Source of the DNA: Thermoplasmata archaeon
GTDB taxonomy: Archaea > Thermoplasmatota > Thermoplasmata > Sysuiplasmatales > Sysuiplasmataceae
Direction: 5' to 3'
DNA: 54,488 nt
NCBI GenBank assembly: GCA_021796895.1
Contig: JAKABN010000001.1
Coordinates: forward strand, 1 to 54,488
Shown: piece after piece, positions 1 through 8,055 of the stretch
Layout: each line of letters opens with the position of its first letter
Numbering within the stretch: position 1 is the stretch's first letter
The notes under the pieces: model-generated
Told to the model about the DNA's origin: nothing
Databases searched by the model: none
The model's input: the letters and a program-made list of their open reading frames with translations, nothing else
Program-made: the position numbers and the translations under genes

Positions 1-127
1 TCTCGAATTCTGCGCCGCACGCCTTGCACCTGAAGTGTTCATGTTCGTGCTGCTTCGCAGGATGCGCCGAACGCCCGTGCGCCATAAGCGCCTCCTGGGA
101 GGGAAAGGACATGCCGCAGGCGGGACA
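1..127. repeat. Exact copy of 2137-2263 (zinc-finger coding segment)
   Basis: A base-by-base comparison by eye shows 1-127 is identical to 2137-2263. Identity ends at 128 versus 2264. It may continue to the left of the window. Confidence 0.95.
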
Positions 128-163
128 AGTTTTTCCTTCTGCCAATGAATCGCCCGACGGCAT
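1..163 (-). CDS. Small C2H2 zinc-finger protein, partial (3' end lies beyond the left window edge)
   Basis: A minus-strand ATG at 163-161 opens MPSGDSLAEGKT-CPACGMSFPSQEALMAHGRSAH-PAKQHEHEHF-RCKACGAEFE..., which runs off the edge. It contains two C-X2-C-X12-H-X4-H fingers. A TATA-like GTTTAAAG (193-200) lies about 30 nt upstream. The in-window part is too short for the ORF track. Confidence 0.55.
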   Translation of the reverse strand, partial: MPSGDSLAEGKTCPACGMSFPSQEALMAHGRSAHPAKQHEHEHFRCKACGAEFE

Positions 164-268
164 GTAGCCTGGAGGCTGTTTATCATGACTTTGTTTAAAG
201 GTTAAAACATCGTTTGGTATGTTAAGTATCTAATTTAAGGGCAGTATACCGGGAGTGGAATGGCGCTT

Positions 269-1705
269 TCAGTCCAGCATGGGAGGGGTGAAATTCTCAC
301 GTAAAATCCTGTGATAATCGTCCAAGGAGTGAACCGACTGCACCGCGCGCTGTACAACCTCACTGAGCGCGGGATGTATGTGCATCGCCCGAGTGATTAT
401 ATTGCCGCTCCTGTCCGGTGTGTACATGATATTGATTATCTCCTGAATCAGCACGGAAGCCTGCGGCCCTATTATGTGCGCACCGAGTAATGTCGCGTCG
501 CCGGCCAGCATAATCACCTTGACGAAGCAGTCGCTCACGTTCATAGCCTCGCCCTTTGCGGTATCCTGGTACCTGTGGAAACCGATGACAATGTTCTCCT
601 TTCCATACTGTGCGATGGCCTCCCCTTCTGTCATCCCCACGCCTGCGATCTCGGGCACGGTGAATACAGCATGAGGCACAGCGTGATAATCCACCGCAAC
701 CTTCTGCCCGAGGATAGCGTTGTAGTAGACGACGATGGACTCGTAGTTGGCCACATGCTTGAACAGATGTTTACCGTTAGCGTCTCCGAACGCCCAGACG
801 TTGTGTTGCGACGTTTCAAGATAATCGTCGACTCGAATCCAGCCATCCGGCGTGAGGCCAATGCCTGCGCGTTCAGCATGCAGCATGTGGGAAGTCGGTC
901 CCCTCCCTGAAGCGACCATGATCTCATGAACGTTCGTACTTCCCAGTGTTCCGTCCGACCGGTTGCGAAATACTATCTTCTTCAAGCCGTCTTCCACGGA
1001 CACAGACAGCGCCTCGCAGTCTGTGAGGATTTTCATCCTCTTGGAAAGTTCTCTTCTGGCCAGTTCAGATATCTCCGGCTCCTCCCTCGGGAGAAGCCTT
1101 CTGTTCCTTCCTATGATCGTGACATCCGATCCCATGGAGGAGAAGAAATGCCCGTATTCTGCGGCTATATAACCGCCGCCGATGATGCAAACAGACGGAG
1201 GGAGTTTCTTCAGGAACAGCACGGAATCACTCGTGAGATAGCCCGACTCCGAAAGGCCTTTGATTGCAGGAATGGTTATTTCGGAACCCGTACAGAGCAG
1301 AATTGTCCTTGCGGTGATTTTCTTGCCGCCGACCTTCAGCGTATACGGCCCGGTGAATTCCGCAACGTCGTGGTAATAATCCACTTCCGCAGATGAGGAT
1401 AGGCCCTTTCTTATGCCCTCTATCTCCTCGTCTATGATGCTTCGCATGCGTTTCATTACCCTCTCGAAATCGATCTGCTGGATGGACGCGGATATTCCGA
1501 ATGCGCCTGCCTCCCGTATCGTGGTGGCGACTTCGGCCGGATAGAGAAGAAGCTTCGAGGGGATGCATCCGCGCGTGAGGCATATACCGCCTGGTTCATC
1601 CTTATCTATTACCGCGACGCGCGCACTCCTGTTGCGTTCGAGATAAGCGGTAACGATGTTCATTGCAGAACCGGTTCCGACTGCGATAAGATCATATTCC
1701 TTCAT
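269..1705 (-). CDS. Class I pyridine nucleotide-disulfide oxidoreductase (dihydrolipoyl dehydrogenase / mycothione-reductase-like flavoprotein)
   Basis: The internal Met at 1705 gives MKEYDLIAVGTGSAMN (FAD GxGxxG). The redox-active disulfide is present in GGICLTRGCIPSK. A second Rossmann motif is IIGGGYIAAEYG. The C-terminal HIHPALSEV is the His-Glu dimer-interface motif. The 100-codon upstream extension in the ORF track does not look like protein. Confidence 0.9.
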   Translation of the reverse strand: MKEYDLIAVGTGSAMNIVTAYLERNRSARVAVIDKDEPGGICLTRGCIPSKLLLYPAEVATTIREAGAFGISASIQQIDFERVMKRMRSIIDEEIEGIRKGLSSSAEVDYYHDVAEFTGPYTLKVGGKKITARTILLCTGSEITIPAIKGLSESGYLTSDSVLFLKKLPPSVCIIGGGYIAAEYGHFFSSMGSDVTIIGRNRRLLPREEPEISELARRELSKRMKILTDCEALSVSVEDGLKKIVFRNRSDGTLGSTNVHEIMVASGRGPTSHMLHAERAGIGLTPDGWIRVDDYLETSQHNVWAFGDANGKHLFKHVANYESIVVYYNAILGQKVAVDYHAVPHAVFTVPEIAGVGMTEGEAIAQYGKENIVIGFHRYQDTAKGEAMNVSDCFVKVIMLAGDATLLGAHIIGPQASVLIQEIINIMYTPDRSGNIITRAMHIHPALSEVVQRAVQSVHSLDDYHRILRENFTPPMLD

Positions 1706-1906
1706 GCTGCAATGAAGGCCGTTCTTGATTAAATAACCGCGATATGACCCTGCACCATTCCCGTCCCTTTTCGCTGCCGTTCCCGCATCTGCAGAATTGT
1801 TCCGGCGGTGCAGGAGAGCCGGATGGTTGCCTGTACTCGTGTTGGGGCACTTCCCGTCCTGGCCATGCGCTCCGAGGCGCTGTGCAGACTGGACGTTGTC
1901 GGTTCC

Positions 1907-1922
1907 CGTCAAAAAAAACGGA
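1907..1922 (-). terminator. Oligo-T (T8) run with a small flanking stem, a candidate archaeal terminator downstream of the 2090-2998 gene
   Basis: The plus strand reads CGTCAAAAAAAACGGA, so the minus strand reads TCCGTTTTTTTTGACG. It lies about 170 nt downstream of the stop at 2090. Confidence 0.3.
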
Positions 1923-2089
1923 GGTACAACAATCCGGCATACGATTGGAGGTCGATATCGGACATTACCGGGAACGGCGATCAATAGACACAGAGTGTCC
2001 GACATGCGCGACGCGCAATCTGTCGCAAACCGGTTTCGTTTAAGAACAGTTTCCGATGGTAAAGGGTTTGTAAGAGGTTTCTCCGTGAA

Positions 2090-2998
2090 CTACATGGAAT
2101 GCGAGCTCTTTCCGTGCTTCATCAGTTCATCCTGCGTCTCGAATTCTGCGCCGCACGCCTTGCACCTGAAGTGTTCATGTTCGTGCTGCTTCGCAGGATG
2201 CGCCGAACGCCCGTGCGCCATAAGCGCCTCCTGGGAGGGAAAGGACATGCCGCAGGCGGGACACTTGAGACCGGCAGGCTCCTCCTTCTTCTGCTGGTGC
2301 GCGGTTCTTCCGTGCTGCATCAGTGCCTGTTCTGTGGGGAAGGACATGCCGCATACGGGACATGCCCGGTCCTGCTTGACACGGGCGGTGCCGGAAACAA
2401 ACAGCGTTGCACCTGCACCCAGAATGATGCCCCATGTGAGTCCGAGCAGCAGATGGACGAAGAAGAATGCTCCCATGATGGAGGGAAGCGCAGCCATGAG
2501 CTTCTGCTGCACCATAGGCATGACTGCCGTTATCGGCATGCCGGATGAGCTTGCTACGTAGTAGGAGACCGCAAGCACCATCGCCTTCTCGAGGCTGAGC
2601 ACCATTACCGGGAGGCCAAAAACAACGAAGAGCACGACACCGGCAAGCAGACCCACAAGAATGCCCTTCTTAGCGCTGTCGACGAAAAACCACCTCTTCA
2701 GCCCTATTGTGACACCTGCGCCTATCAGACCCAGAAATGCACCGTCGAAAAGGTGTATCGCAAGCCCTCCCATGACGGTGGAGATGCCGCCGGAGACCGG
2801 CAGTCCGATCGTCAAGCCAAGCGCCATCATCATAGCCAGCGCCGGCATACCCATGGCTGCCAGTATACCGGTCATCACCAGACCCATCACGAGTGCGCCT
2901 ATCAATCCGGCGATCACAGACAGGCCGACATACTTCCTGTAATTCACCGTGCGCCCATTACTGTTCTTTTTTGCATTAGCCTCTGACAATTGAATCAC
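2090..2998 (-). CDS. Polytopic Gly/Met-rich membrane protein with three C-terminal C2H2 zinc fingers
   Basis: The start is GTG. About six hydrophobic helices are visible (for example GLSVIAGLIGALVMGLVMTGILAAMGMPALAMMMALGL). They are followed by CPVCGMSFPTEQALMQHGRTAH, CPACGMSFPSQEALMAHGRSAH and CKACGAEFETQDELMKHGKSSH. Confidence 0.8.
   Translation of the reverse strand: MIQLSEANAKKNSNGRTVNYRKYVGLSVIAGLIGALVMGLVMTGILAAMGMPALAMMMALGLTIGLPVSGGISTVMGGLAIHLFDGAFLGLIGAGVTIGLKRWFFVDSAKKGILVGLLAGVVLFVVFGLPVMVLSLEKAMVLAVSYYVASSSGMPITAVMPMVQQKLMAALPSIMGAFFFVHLLLGLTWGIILGAGATLFVSGTARVKQDRACPVCGMSFPTEQALMQHGRTAHQQKKEEPAGLKCPACGMSFPSQEALMAHGRSAHPAKQHEHEHFRCKACGAEFETQDELMKHGKSSHSM
2137..2263. repeat. Exact copy of 1-127
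   Basis: Identical to 1-127. It covers fingers 2 and 3 of the 2090-2998 protein. Confidence 0.95.
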
Positions 2999-3158
2999 TG
3001 AACTTTTTAGATGCGGCCCATTTGAATATGGTTCCGTTTAACGGTTAAAATTCAGATAGCACGGTTAAAGCTAGCATTGAAGCTCACTTGGAGATGATGC
3101 GTTTCAAACACCGGGAAGGGCAACCCACAACCAGCGCCGGCATGGGGAAGGTGGTCTC

Positions 3159-3536
3159 TCACCGGTGCATGAATTTCATTATTATGCAATCCTTTTCGCT
3201 CGCGTTCTCTATTGCCCACCATATTATCGGCAGAACCGCATTCCTGAGCCTGACACCAGCCCCGGTCAGGCTGTACTCGACCCTCGGCGGTATCTCGTTG
3301 TATGCCCTTCTCTCCAGTATGCCGGCACGGCTGAGATAGTCCAGCGAATCGGATAGGCTCTTAGGGCTTATTCCTGTCAGGCTCGCCATGATTTCCTTGT
3401 AACGCATCGAGTCCCTGCTCCCCACTACTGCAACCAGCAGCAGCGACCATTTGCGGGAAATCACATCTGCTATCCCCTGAACCGGGCAGTTGAAAAGCAC
3501 GTTTCCTTTACTTTCTTTGGCCATATCTGCTATCAT
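3159..3536 (-). CDS. HxlR-family winged-helix transcriptional regulator
   Basis: CPVQGIADVISRKWSLLLVAVVG...MRYKEIMASLTGISPKSLSDSLDYLSRAGILERRAYNEIPPRVEYSLTGAG matches the HxlR/DUF24 pattern. The start could instead be the second Met at 3524. Confidence 0.85.
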   Translation of the reverse strand: MIADMAKESKGNVLFNCPVQGIADVISRKWSLLLVAVVGSRDSMRYKEIMASLTGISPKSLSDSLDYLSRAGILERRAYNEIPPRVEYSLTGAGVRLRNAVLPIIWWAIENASEKDCIIMKFMHR

Positions 3537-3550
3537 ACTATAATCTGAAT

Positions 3551-3572
3551 ACTATTAATACTTTATTTTCTA
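3551..3572. promoter_or_regulatory. AT-rich shared TATA region between divergent hxlR-like and copZ genes
   Basis: The intergenic spacer is only 54 bp (3537-3590) and reads ACTATTAATACTTTATTTTCTA at its centre. That centre lies about 27 nt from each start codon, which implies leaderless or near-leaderless transcripts. Confidence 0.35.
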
Positions 3573-3590
3573 TACTAATTATGAAGACGG

Positions 3591-3812
3591 GTGAAAATAG
3601 TGCAAGACAGGATACTTGTGGTGAAAATAAGCGGAATGCACTGCCAGGGTTGCGCAGATTCGATTGCCAAGGAGCTGAATTCATCCAATGGTATCGGTAA
3701 GGCAACGGTAGAGTTCAGCACAGGAAAGGCGAAGATAGTGTTCGACCCTGAGAAGACAGATGAGGAAAGGATCGGCAAGAAGATAATGGACACCGGGTTC
3801 GGCGTACTATGA
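3591..3812 (+). CDS. copZ: Heavy-metal-associated (HMA) metallochaperone, CopZ-like
   Basis: The start is GTG. The GMHCQGC metal-binding loop is followed by a beta-alpha-beta-beta-alpha-beta length and pattern (VEFSTGKAKIVFDPEKT). It sits immediately upstream of the P1B ATPase. Confidence 0.85.
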   Translation: MKIVQDRILVVKISGMHCQGCADSIAKELNSSNGIGKATVEFSTGKAKIVFDPEKTDEERIGKKIMDTGFGVL

Positions 3813-3842
3813 ATAGTCGCGTGTCTCGTTTCGGGGGCATAA

Positions 3843-6323
3843 TTGTTGAGTGAAAATGGAGCCGGAAAGGAAGCGCCCCCCGCGACCGGTCCGAAGACGC
3901 TCAGACATCGGGTGAAGATTGGCGGCGTTCACTGTTCCTTCTGCTCAAGCACGATTACCAAGGGCGTTTCTGCGATTCCGGGCATCAGGGACGTCGCCGT
4001 GAATCTTGCACACGAAGAAGCGCTATTCCATTATGACCCTGCCAAGGTGCAGCCATGGCAGATAGAGGAAGTGCTGCGACAGCTGGGATACACCGTAAGG
4101 GATCCCGAAAAAGTCAGGACGTTCGAGGAGGAAGAAGCGGAACTCAGGAGAGAGCGGAACAGGCTGATATACAGCGCCGCGCTGACCTTTTCAGCCATTG
4201 CAATCATGGGACTGCTGAGCCTCGGGGTGGTAGGAAAATATGTGGCCGCGTACATCGTACTGTCGTTTGCACTGGCAAATGTCTTCTGGTTCGGAAGGTC
4301 GATTCTGAAGAGTGCCGCACACTCCCTCCGGAGAAGGATACTCAACCAGCATGTACTCATGGAGTTTGCTGCGTTTGGAGGCATTGCCGGAGGCCTGATC
4401 GGGCTATTCATCTACAGCGGATTCCCTGTGGTGGAATTTTTCGCCATTGCAGTCTTCATAACGTCCTACCACATACTGGGGGGTTATGCCTCGCTTAGAG
4501 TCAGAACGCGATCGTCTCAAGCGGTGCGTAGGCTGCTCTCCCTTCAGCCCGACGTCGCACGGCTTGTAGCGGAGGATGGTGCCGAGACGATTGTTCCGAC
4601 AGAGAGCATTGTTGTAGGAAATCTCGTGCGGATAAAGCCCGGCGAATCCATACCGATAGACGGAAAGGTTGTGGAAGGACTGTCAACCGTTGACGAGAGC
4701 CTGGTTACCGGGGAATCGGTTCCGTCCGAGAAATACGCCGGAAGCGAGGTGATTGGCGGCACATTGAACGGGACAGGCACCATACTGGTCCGTGTGACGC
4801 GGGTTGGAGGGGAAAGCTTTCTGCAGCAGGTGGCCGCGTACATCGAAGATGCCAGATCGCTCAAGCCCGGCATTTTGCAGTTGCTGGATGTTGTCCTGCG
4901 ATACTTTGTCCCGGGCGTTTTGCTTGCAGCTGCTTCCGGATTTCTGATATGGAGTCTCGGTGACTGGCTGCTGACCGGTGTTCCGGATTTCCCTCGGGCC
5001 GTTTTTGCCTCGCTCGCAGTCCTCGTAATGGGTTATCCTTGTGCGCTCGGCATGTCTACACCGCTTGCGATGATAAGAGGAAGCACGGCGGCTGCAGAGA
5101 AGGGCATACTGTTCAGGAGCGCGGATGCGTTCCATGTCTTTCGCCACATCGACACTGTTGTCATCGACAAGACAGGCACACTTACGGAGGGTAAGCCCGA
5201 AGTTGTCCGGGTAATGTACGACGAAGGGTACGACGAGGGCAGAGTGCTGCTCGCTGCGGCATCGCTGGAAAGATATTCCGAGCATCCTTATGCCAGAGCG
5301 ATTGTGAGCAAATCGAGGAAGGAGTTCGGGGAGACAGACCCTGTTGTAAACTTCACCGCAGTGCCGGGAAAGGGTGTGACAGGCGATGTCGGCGGACGGC
5401 TGACTGCCGTCGGAGCGGTTGATTTTCTGCTCGAAACCGGGAACAGAATGCCCGAGGCGCTCAAGCGTGAGTACTCGAGATCGAAGAAGGGTGGCGAAAC
5501 TGTTGTGGGCGTGGCGGAGGGCGGCGACATCATCGGGCTGATCACACTGTCCGATAAGATTAAAGATGATGGCGCGCTGACGGTGGCGACCCTCAGGGAG
5601 AAGTTTGGCCCCAGGATAGTGATGATCACTGGTGACGGCTCCGGTCCTGCCTCATATGTGGCGGAGAAAACAGGTGTGGACGCGTTCTTCGCTTCAGTAC
5701 TGCCAAACGGAAAAGCGGAAAAGATCAGGGAACTCCAGTCACAGGGACACAGAGTGCTTATGGTCGGGGATGGCATCAACGACGCACCCTCGCTGATGCA
5801 GGCGGATATTGGCGTCGCGCTCGGCAGCGGCACAGACATCGCCATAGAATCAGCAGACGTCGTGATCGTGGGCAAAAAGCTTGGAGCGGTGGTTGATGCA
5901 TACAATGTCGGACTCAACAGCTACAGAAAGACGAAACAGAATCTTGCGATTGCCTTTTCGTTCAACGGTGTCGGCATCCCGATCGCCGCGACGGGGCTAA
6001 TAGACCCGATCTGGGCCATGATCGCCATGGCGCTCAGCGTGACAGCGGTGCTCGCCAATTCGTTTGCAGGACGGCTGTTTGCAAGGAAGAAGGCAGAGGC
6101 TGAGCCGACGGATACCGTTCGGACAGTGTCGCTGAATCTGCCGTGGCTGGACTCGGAATCCGATCTTGAGAATGCAGTGGACCATGTTTCGGACATCGAT
6201 GGTGTGGTTTCCGTAAGCGGCAGCGTTGAGAGAAGGGAGCTTGTCGTAAAGTACAGAGGCAGTGTGGAGACCGCAATTGAACGGCGTATCCGGAGGATTT
6301 CCCGCACATCCCACGAGGCATGA
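3843..6323 (+). CDS. copA: P1B-type heavy-metal translocating ATPase (CopA-like) with non-canonical transmembrane metal-site residues
   Basis: The N-terminal HMA domain has GGVHCSFCSS. Other P-type motifs are TGES (LVTGESVP), DKTGT (VIDKTGTLT), the SEHP nucleotide-domain motif and GDGINDAP. The expected CPC position reads GYPCALGMSTP. Confidence 0.9.
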   Translation: MLSENGAGKEAPPATGPKTLRHRVKIGGVHCSFCSSTITKGVSAIPGIRDVAVNLAHEEALFHYDPAKVQPWQIEEVLRQLGYTVRDPEKVRTFEEEEAELRRERNRLIYSAALTFSAIAIMGLLSLGVVGKYVAAYIVLSFALANVFWFGRSILKSAAHSLRRRILNQHVLMEFAAFGGIAGGLIGLFIYSGFPVVEFFAIAVFITSYHILGGYASLRVRTRSSQAVRRLLSLQPDVARLVAEDGAETIVPTESIVVGNLVRIKPGESIPIDGKVVEGLSTVDESLVTGESVPSEKYAGSEVIGGTLNGTGTILVRVTRVGGESFLQQVAAYIEDARSLKPGILQLLDVVLRYFVPGVLLAAASGFLIWSLGDWLLTGVPDFPRAVFASLAVLVMGYPCALGMSTPLAMIRGSTAAAEKGILFRSADAFHVFRHIDTVVIDKTGTLTEGKPEVVRVMYDEGYDEGRVLLAAASLERYSEHPYARAIVSKSRKEFGETDPVVNFTAVPGKGVTGDVGGRLTAVGAVDFLLETGNRMPEALKREYSRSKKGGETVVGVAEGGDIIGLITLSDKIKDDGALTVATLREKFGPRIVMITGDGSGPASYVAEKTGVDAFFASVLPNGKAEKIRELQSQGHRVLMVGDGINDAPSLMQADIGVALGSGTDIAIESADVVIVGKKLGAVVDAYNVGLNSYRKTKQNLAIAFSFNGVGIPIAATGLIDPIWAMIAMALSVTAVLANSFAGRLFARKKAEAEPTDTVRTVSLNLPWLDSESDLENAVDHVSDIDGVVSVSGSVERRELVVKYRGSVETAIERRIRRISRTSHEA

Positions 6324-6417
6324 TCAACCGTCCGGTTGCCGGCATGCGGTCCTGTGACCGTTCGTTGCTCAGAAATGCCGCGAAGGAAGGGGGGCGACGG
6401 GTAAAATGCATATCGCT

Positions 6418-7172
6418 CTAACGCCCGGGAAGCAGGAAACCATACGCACCGCACTGGCATATCTCATGCACAGTGTACCGGCATGCCGCTGCAATGGATG
6501 TCTCACCGGAACCAGTTCGGAAGAGCGAATAGGGCACCATGCAGTCAGGGTCTGTCAGCGATATTTCATGCTCCCCGGTGCCTGCCATTTCATCGAGCAA
6601 CTTTGAATAGTGTTCCTTCTGCTCCTTCAGCTGCTTAATCTTGTCCCGGAGACTCCTTCCATCCTTGCCTTTCCCCCTTCTCTGCAACAGTTTTTGTGAT
6701 GTTATTCTCGAAGGAGTTGACAGCCCTGAGCTTCGTGCTGTCAACGCCTATGAGCTCTCCGCCAAACAGGTCCAGTTCCCTGCATAAGAATACAAACTGT
6801 CTGAACACTTCCCTGAGCGCACCGGCATTGTCCTTCCTGAAGTCTGCTATTGTCTTGTGGTCGGGTCTGAGCTTCTTCATGAGCCACATGACCTCGACAT
6901 TCCTGGCTCACTCCCTCTCGAGTTTTCTGCTCGACCTCATATGATTGAGATAGCCGTAGATGTACAGCTTGAGCAAATCGGCTGGATTGTATGGCGGTCT
7001 CCCCGCCTCGCATGGCTCGGAGTGCGTGAAACCGATTGAAATCAGATCGAGCGTATCCACAAACGCGTCAATGAAACGCACAGGGTTCCCGGACGCGATG
7101 TAGTCGTCAATCGCATCAGGGAACAGGACAAGCTGTTTCCTGTCAGTGCCCTCAATGTACCCTCTTTCCGCA
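6418..7172 (-). pseudogene. IS1182-family transposase remnant (N-terminal half, disrupted)
   Basis: The minus-strand translation reads GYIEGTDRKQLVLFPDAIDDYIASGNPVRFIDAFVDTLDLISIGFTHSEPCEAGRPPYNPADLLKLYIYGYLNHMRSSRKLERE*ARNVEVMWLMKKLRPDHKTIADFRKDNAGALREVF...GELIGVDSTKLRAVNS. The lesions are an in-frame TGA, a frameshift near the start codon, a second frameshift near 6740, and truncation next to the copA stop. Confidence 0.75.
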
Positions 7173-7274
7173 TGAGCACAATATATTCGAAACTAGATAT
7201 ATATGTTGCTATAAAACTCGAGAATCGTGCTCACACGTGATGAGGGGGTTTTCACACAGTCTCCTGATCGGTAC

Positions 7275-7777
7275 TTACATGGTGTGGAGTCCGGGGGAGA
7301 GGGGACGGACTGATCTGCATCTCTGTGCCTGCTCCGGCGTCATACCTGCATACGCGGTCGAGTGCTTGCAGGAAGGCATCTCTGCGAATGCATCCGCATC
7401 CATGCCTGCGAGTTCAGGCAGTTCGGTTGCAGGCACCCTCTCTCTAGCTTCGTGGCGCTCATGGGATCGAGCACCCTGTTTATCGCCCACACGGTGAGTA
7501 TGTTGCCTGGAGAGGATACATCACCATGATCTGCGCCCGAAATTTTGTCTATTGTCTCTGCAAAATGAAGATCCTCGGCTATTGACCACAGCAGACGCAC
7601 GGCGTCGCTGTGAACTGCGTCGCCGTGCTCCATCCTGTCGATGGGTGCGGCCCGGCGTTCGCATCCCTCCGGCCCTATGTACCGGACGAAGGTGCTCACA
7701 ACCTTCCTGTTGCGCCTAGTGCTCTTTCATTCCTAGAGATACACCTTGCTGCCGCGCTTGCGCCGCTTTATTGCCAT
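7275..7777 (-). pseudogene. Second transposase remnant (IS1634/IS4-like N-terminus) with in-frame stops and frameshifts
   Basis: A minus-strand ATG at 7777 gives MAIKRRKRGSKVYL*E*KSTRRNRKVVSTFVRYIGPEG...GNILTVWAINRVLDPMSATKLE. Frame changes then lead into ...TELPELAGMDADAF / RDAFLQALDRV. The family assignment is tentative. Confidence 0.5.
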
Positions 7778-8055
7778 GCTGCAGTAGGGAGTAATTCCAC
7801 CTACATATCTAACGTTGACGGTCTGAACAGGAAGACTGCCCCTTGTGAGTGTATCACGAAGAAAATGACCATCAGAAATCTGTTTACGCTATCCAAAATC
7901 TGCTGATGTAGGTGATAATCTTATGCTCTAAACAGGTACACAGAGGCGAAGCAGGATTGAGAGCGTCACGCCACTATGATATTACGTGCATCCATCACTC
8001 GGTATCCAACAATCTCGTACACAGACATAAAATAATAATCAAGTGATAATGTCCT

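Noticed and set aside
1706-2005. 100-codon N-terminal extension of the flavoprotein reductase ORF (the track entry 269-2005 gives 578 aa)
   Set aside because: The extension is Arg/Pro/Gly/Cys-rich with no fold-like pattern. The FAD-binding GxGxxG begins right after the internal Met at 1705, which is the normal N-terminus for this family.
4031-6460. Series of long minus-strand ORFs inside copA (4031-4411, 4544-4873, 4683-5285, 5288-5917, 5921-6460 and others)
   Set aside because: These are antisense shadow ORFs of a well-supported P-type ATPase gene. They have low-complexity Ser/Pro/Arg-rich translations and no motifs.
6889-6900. In-frame TGA in the IS1182-like transposase as possible selenocysteine or programmed recoding
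   Set aside because: The same gene also has frameshifts at both ends and is truncated, and no SECIS-like context was noted. Simple pseudogenisation explains it.
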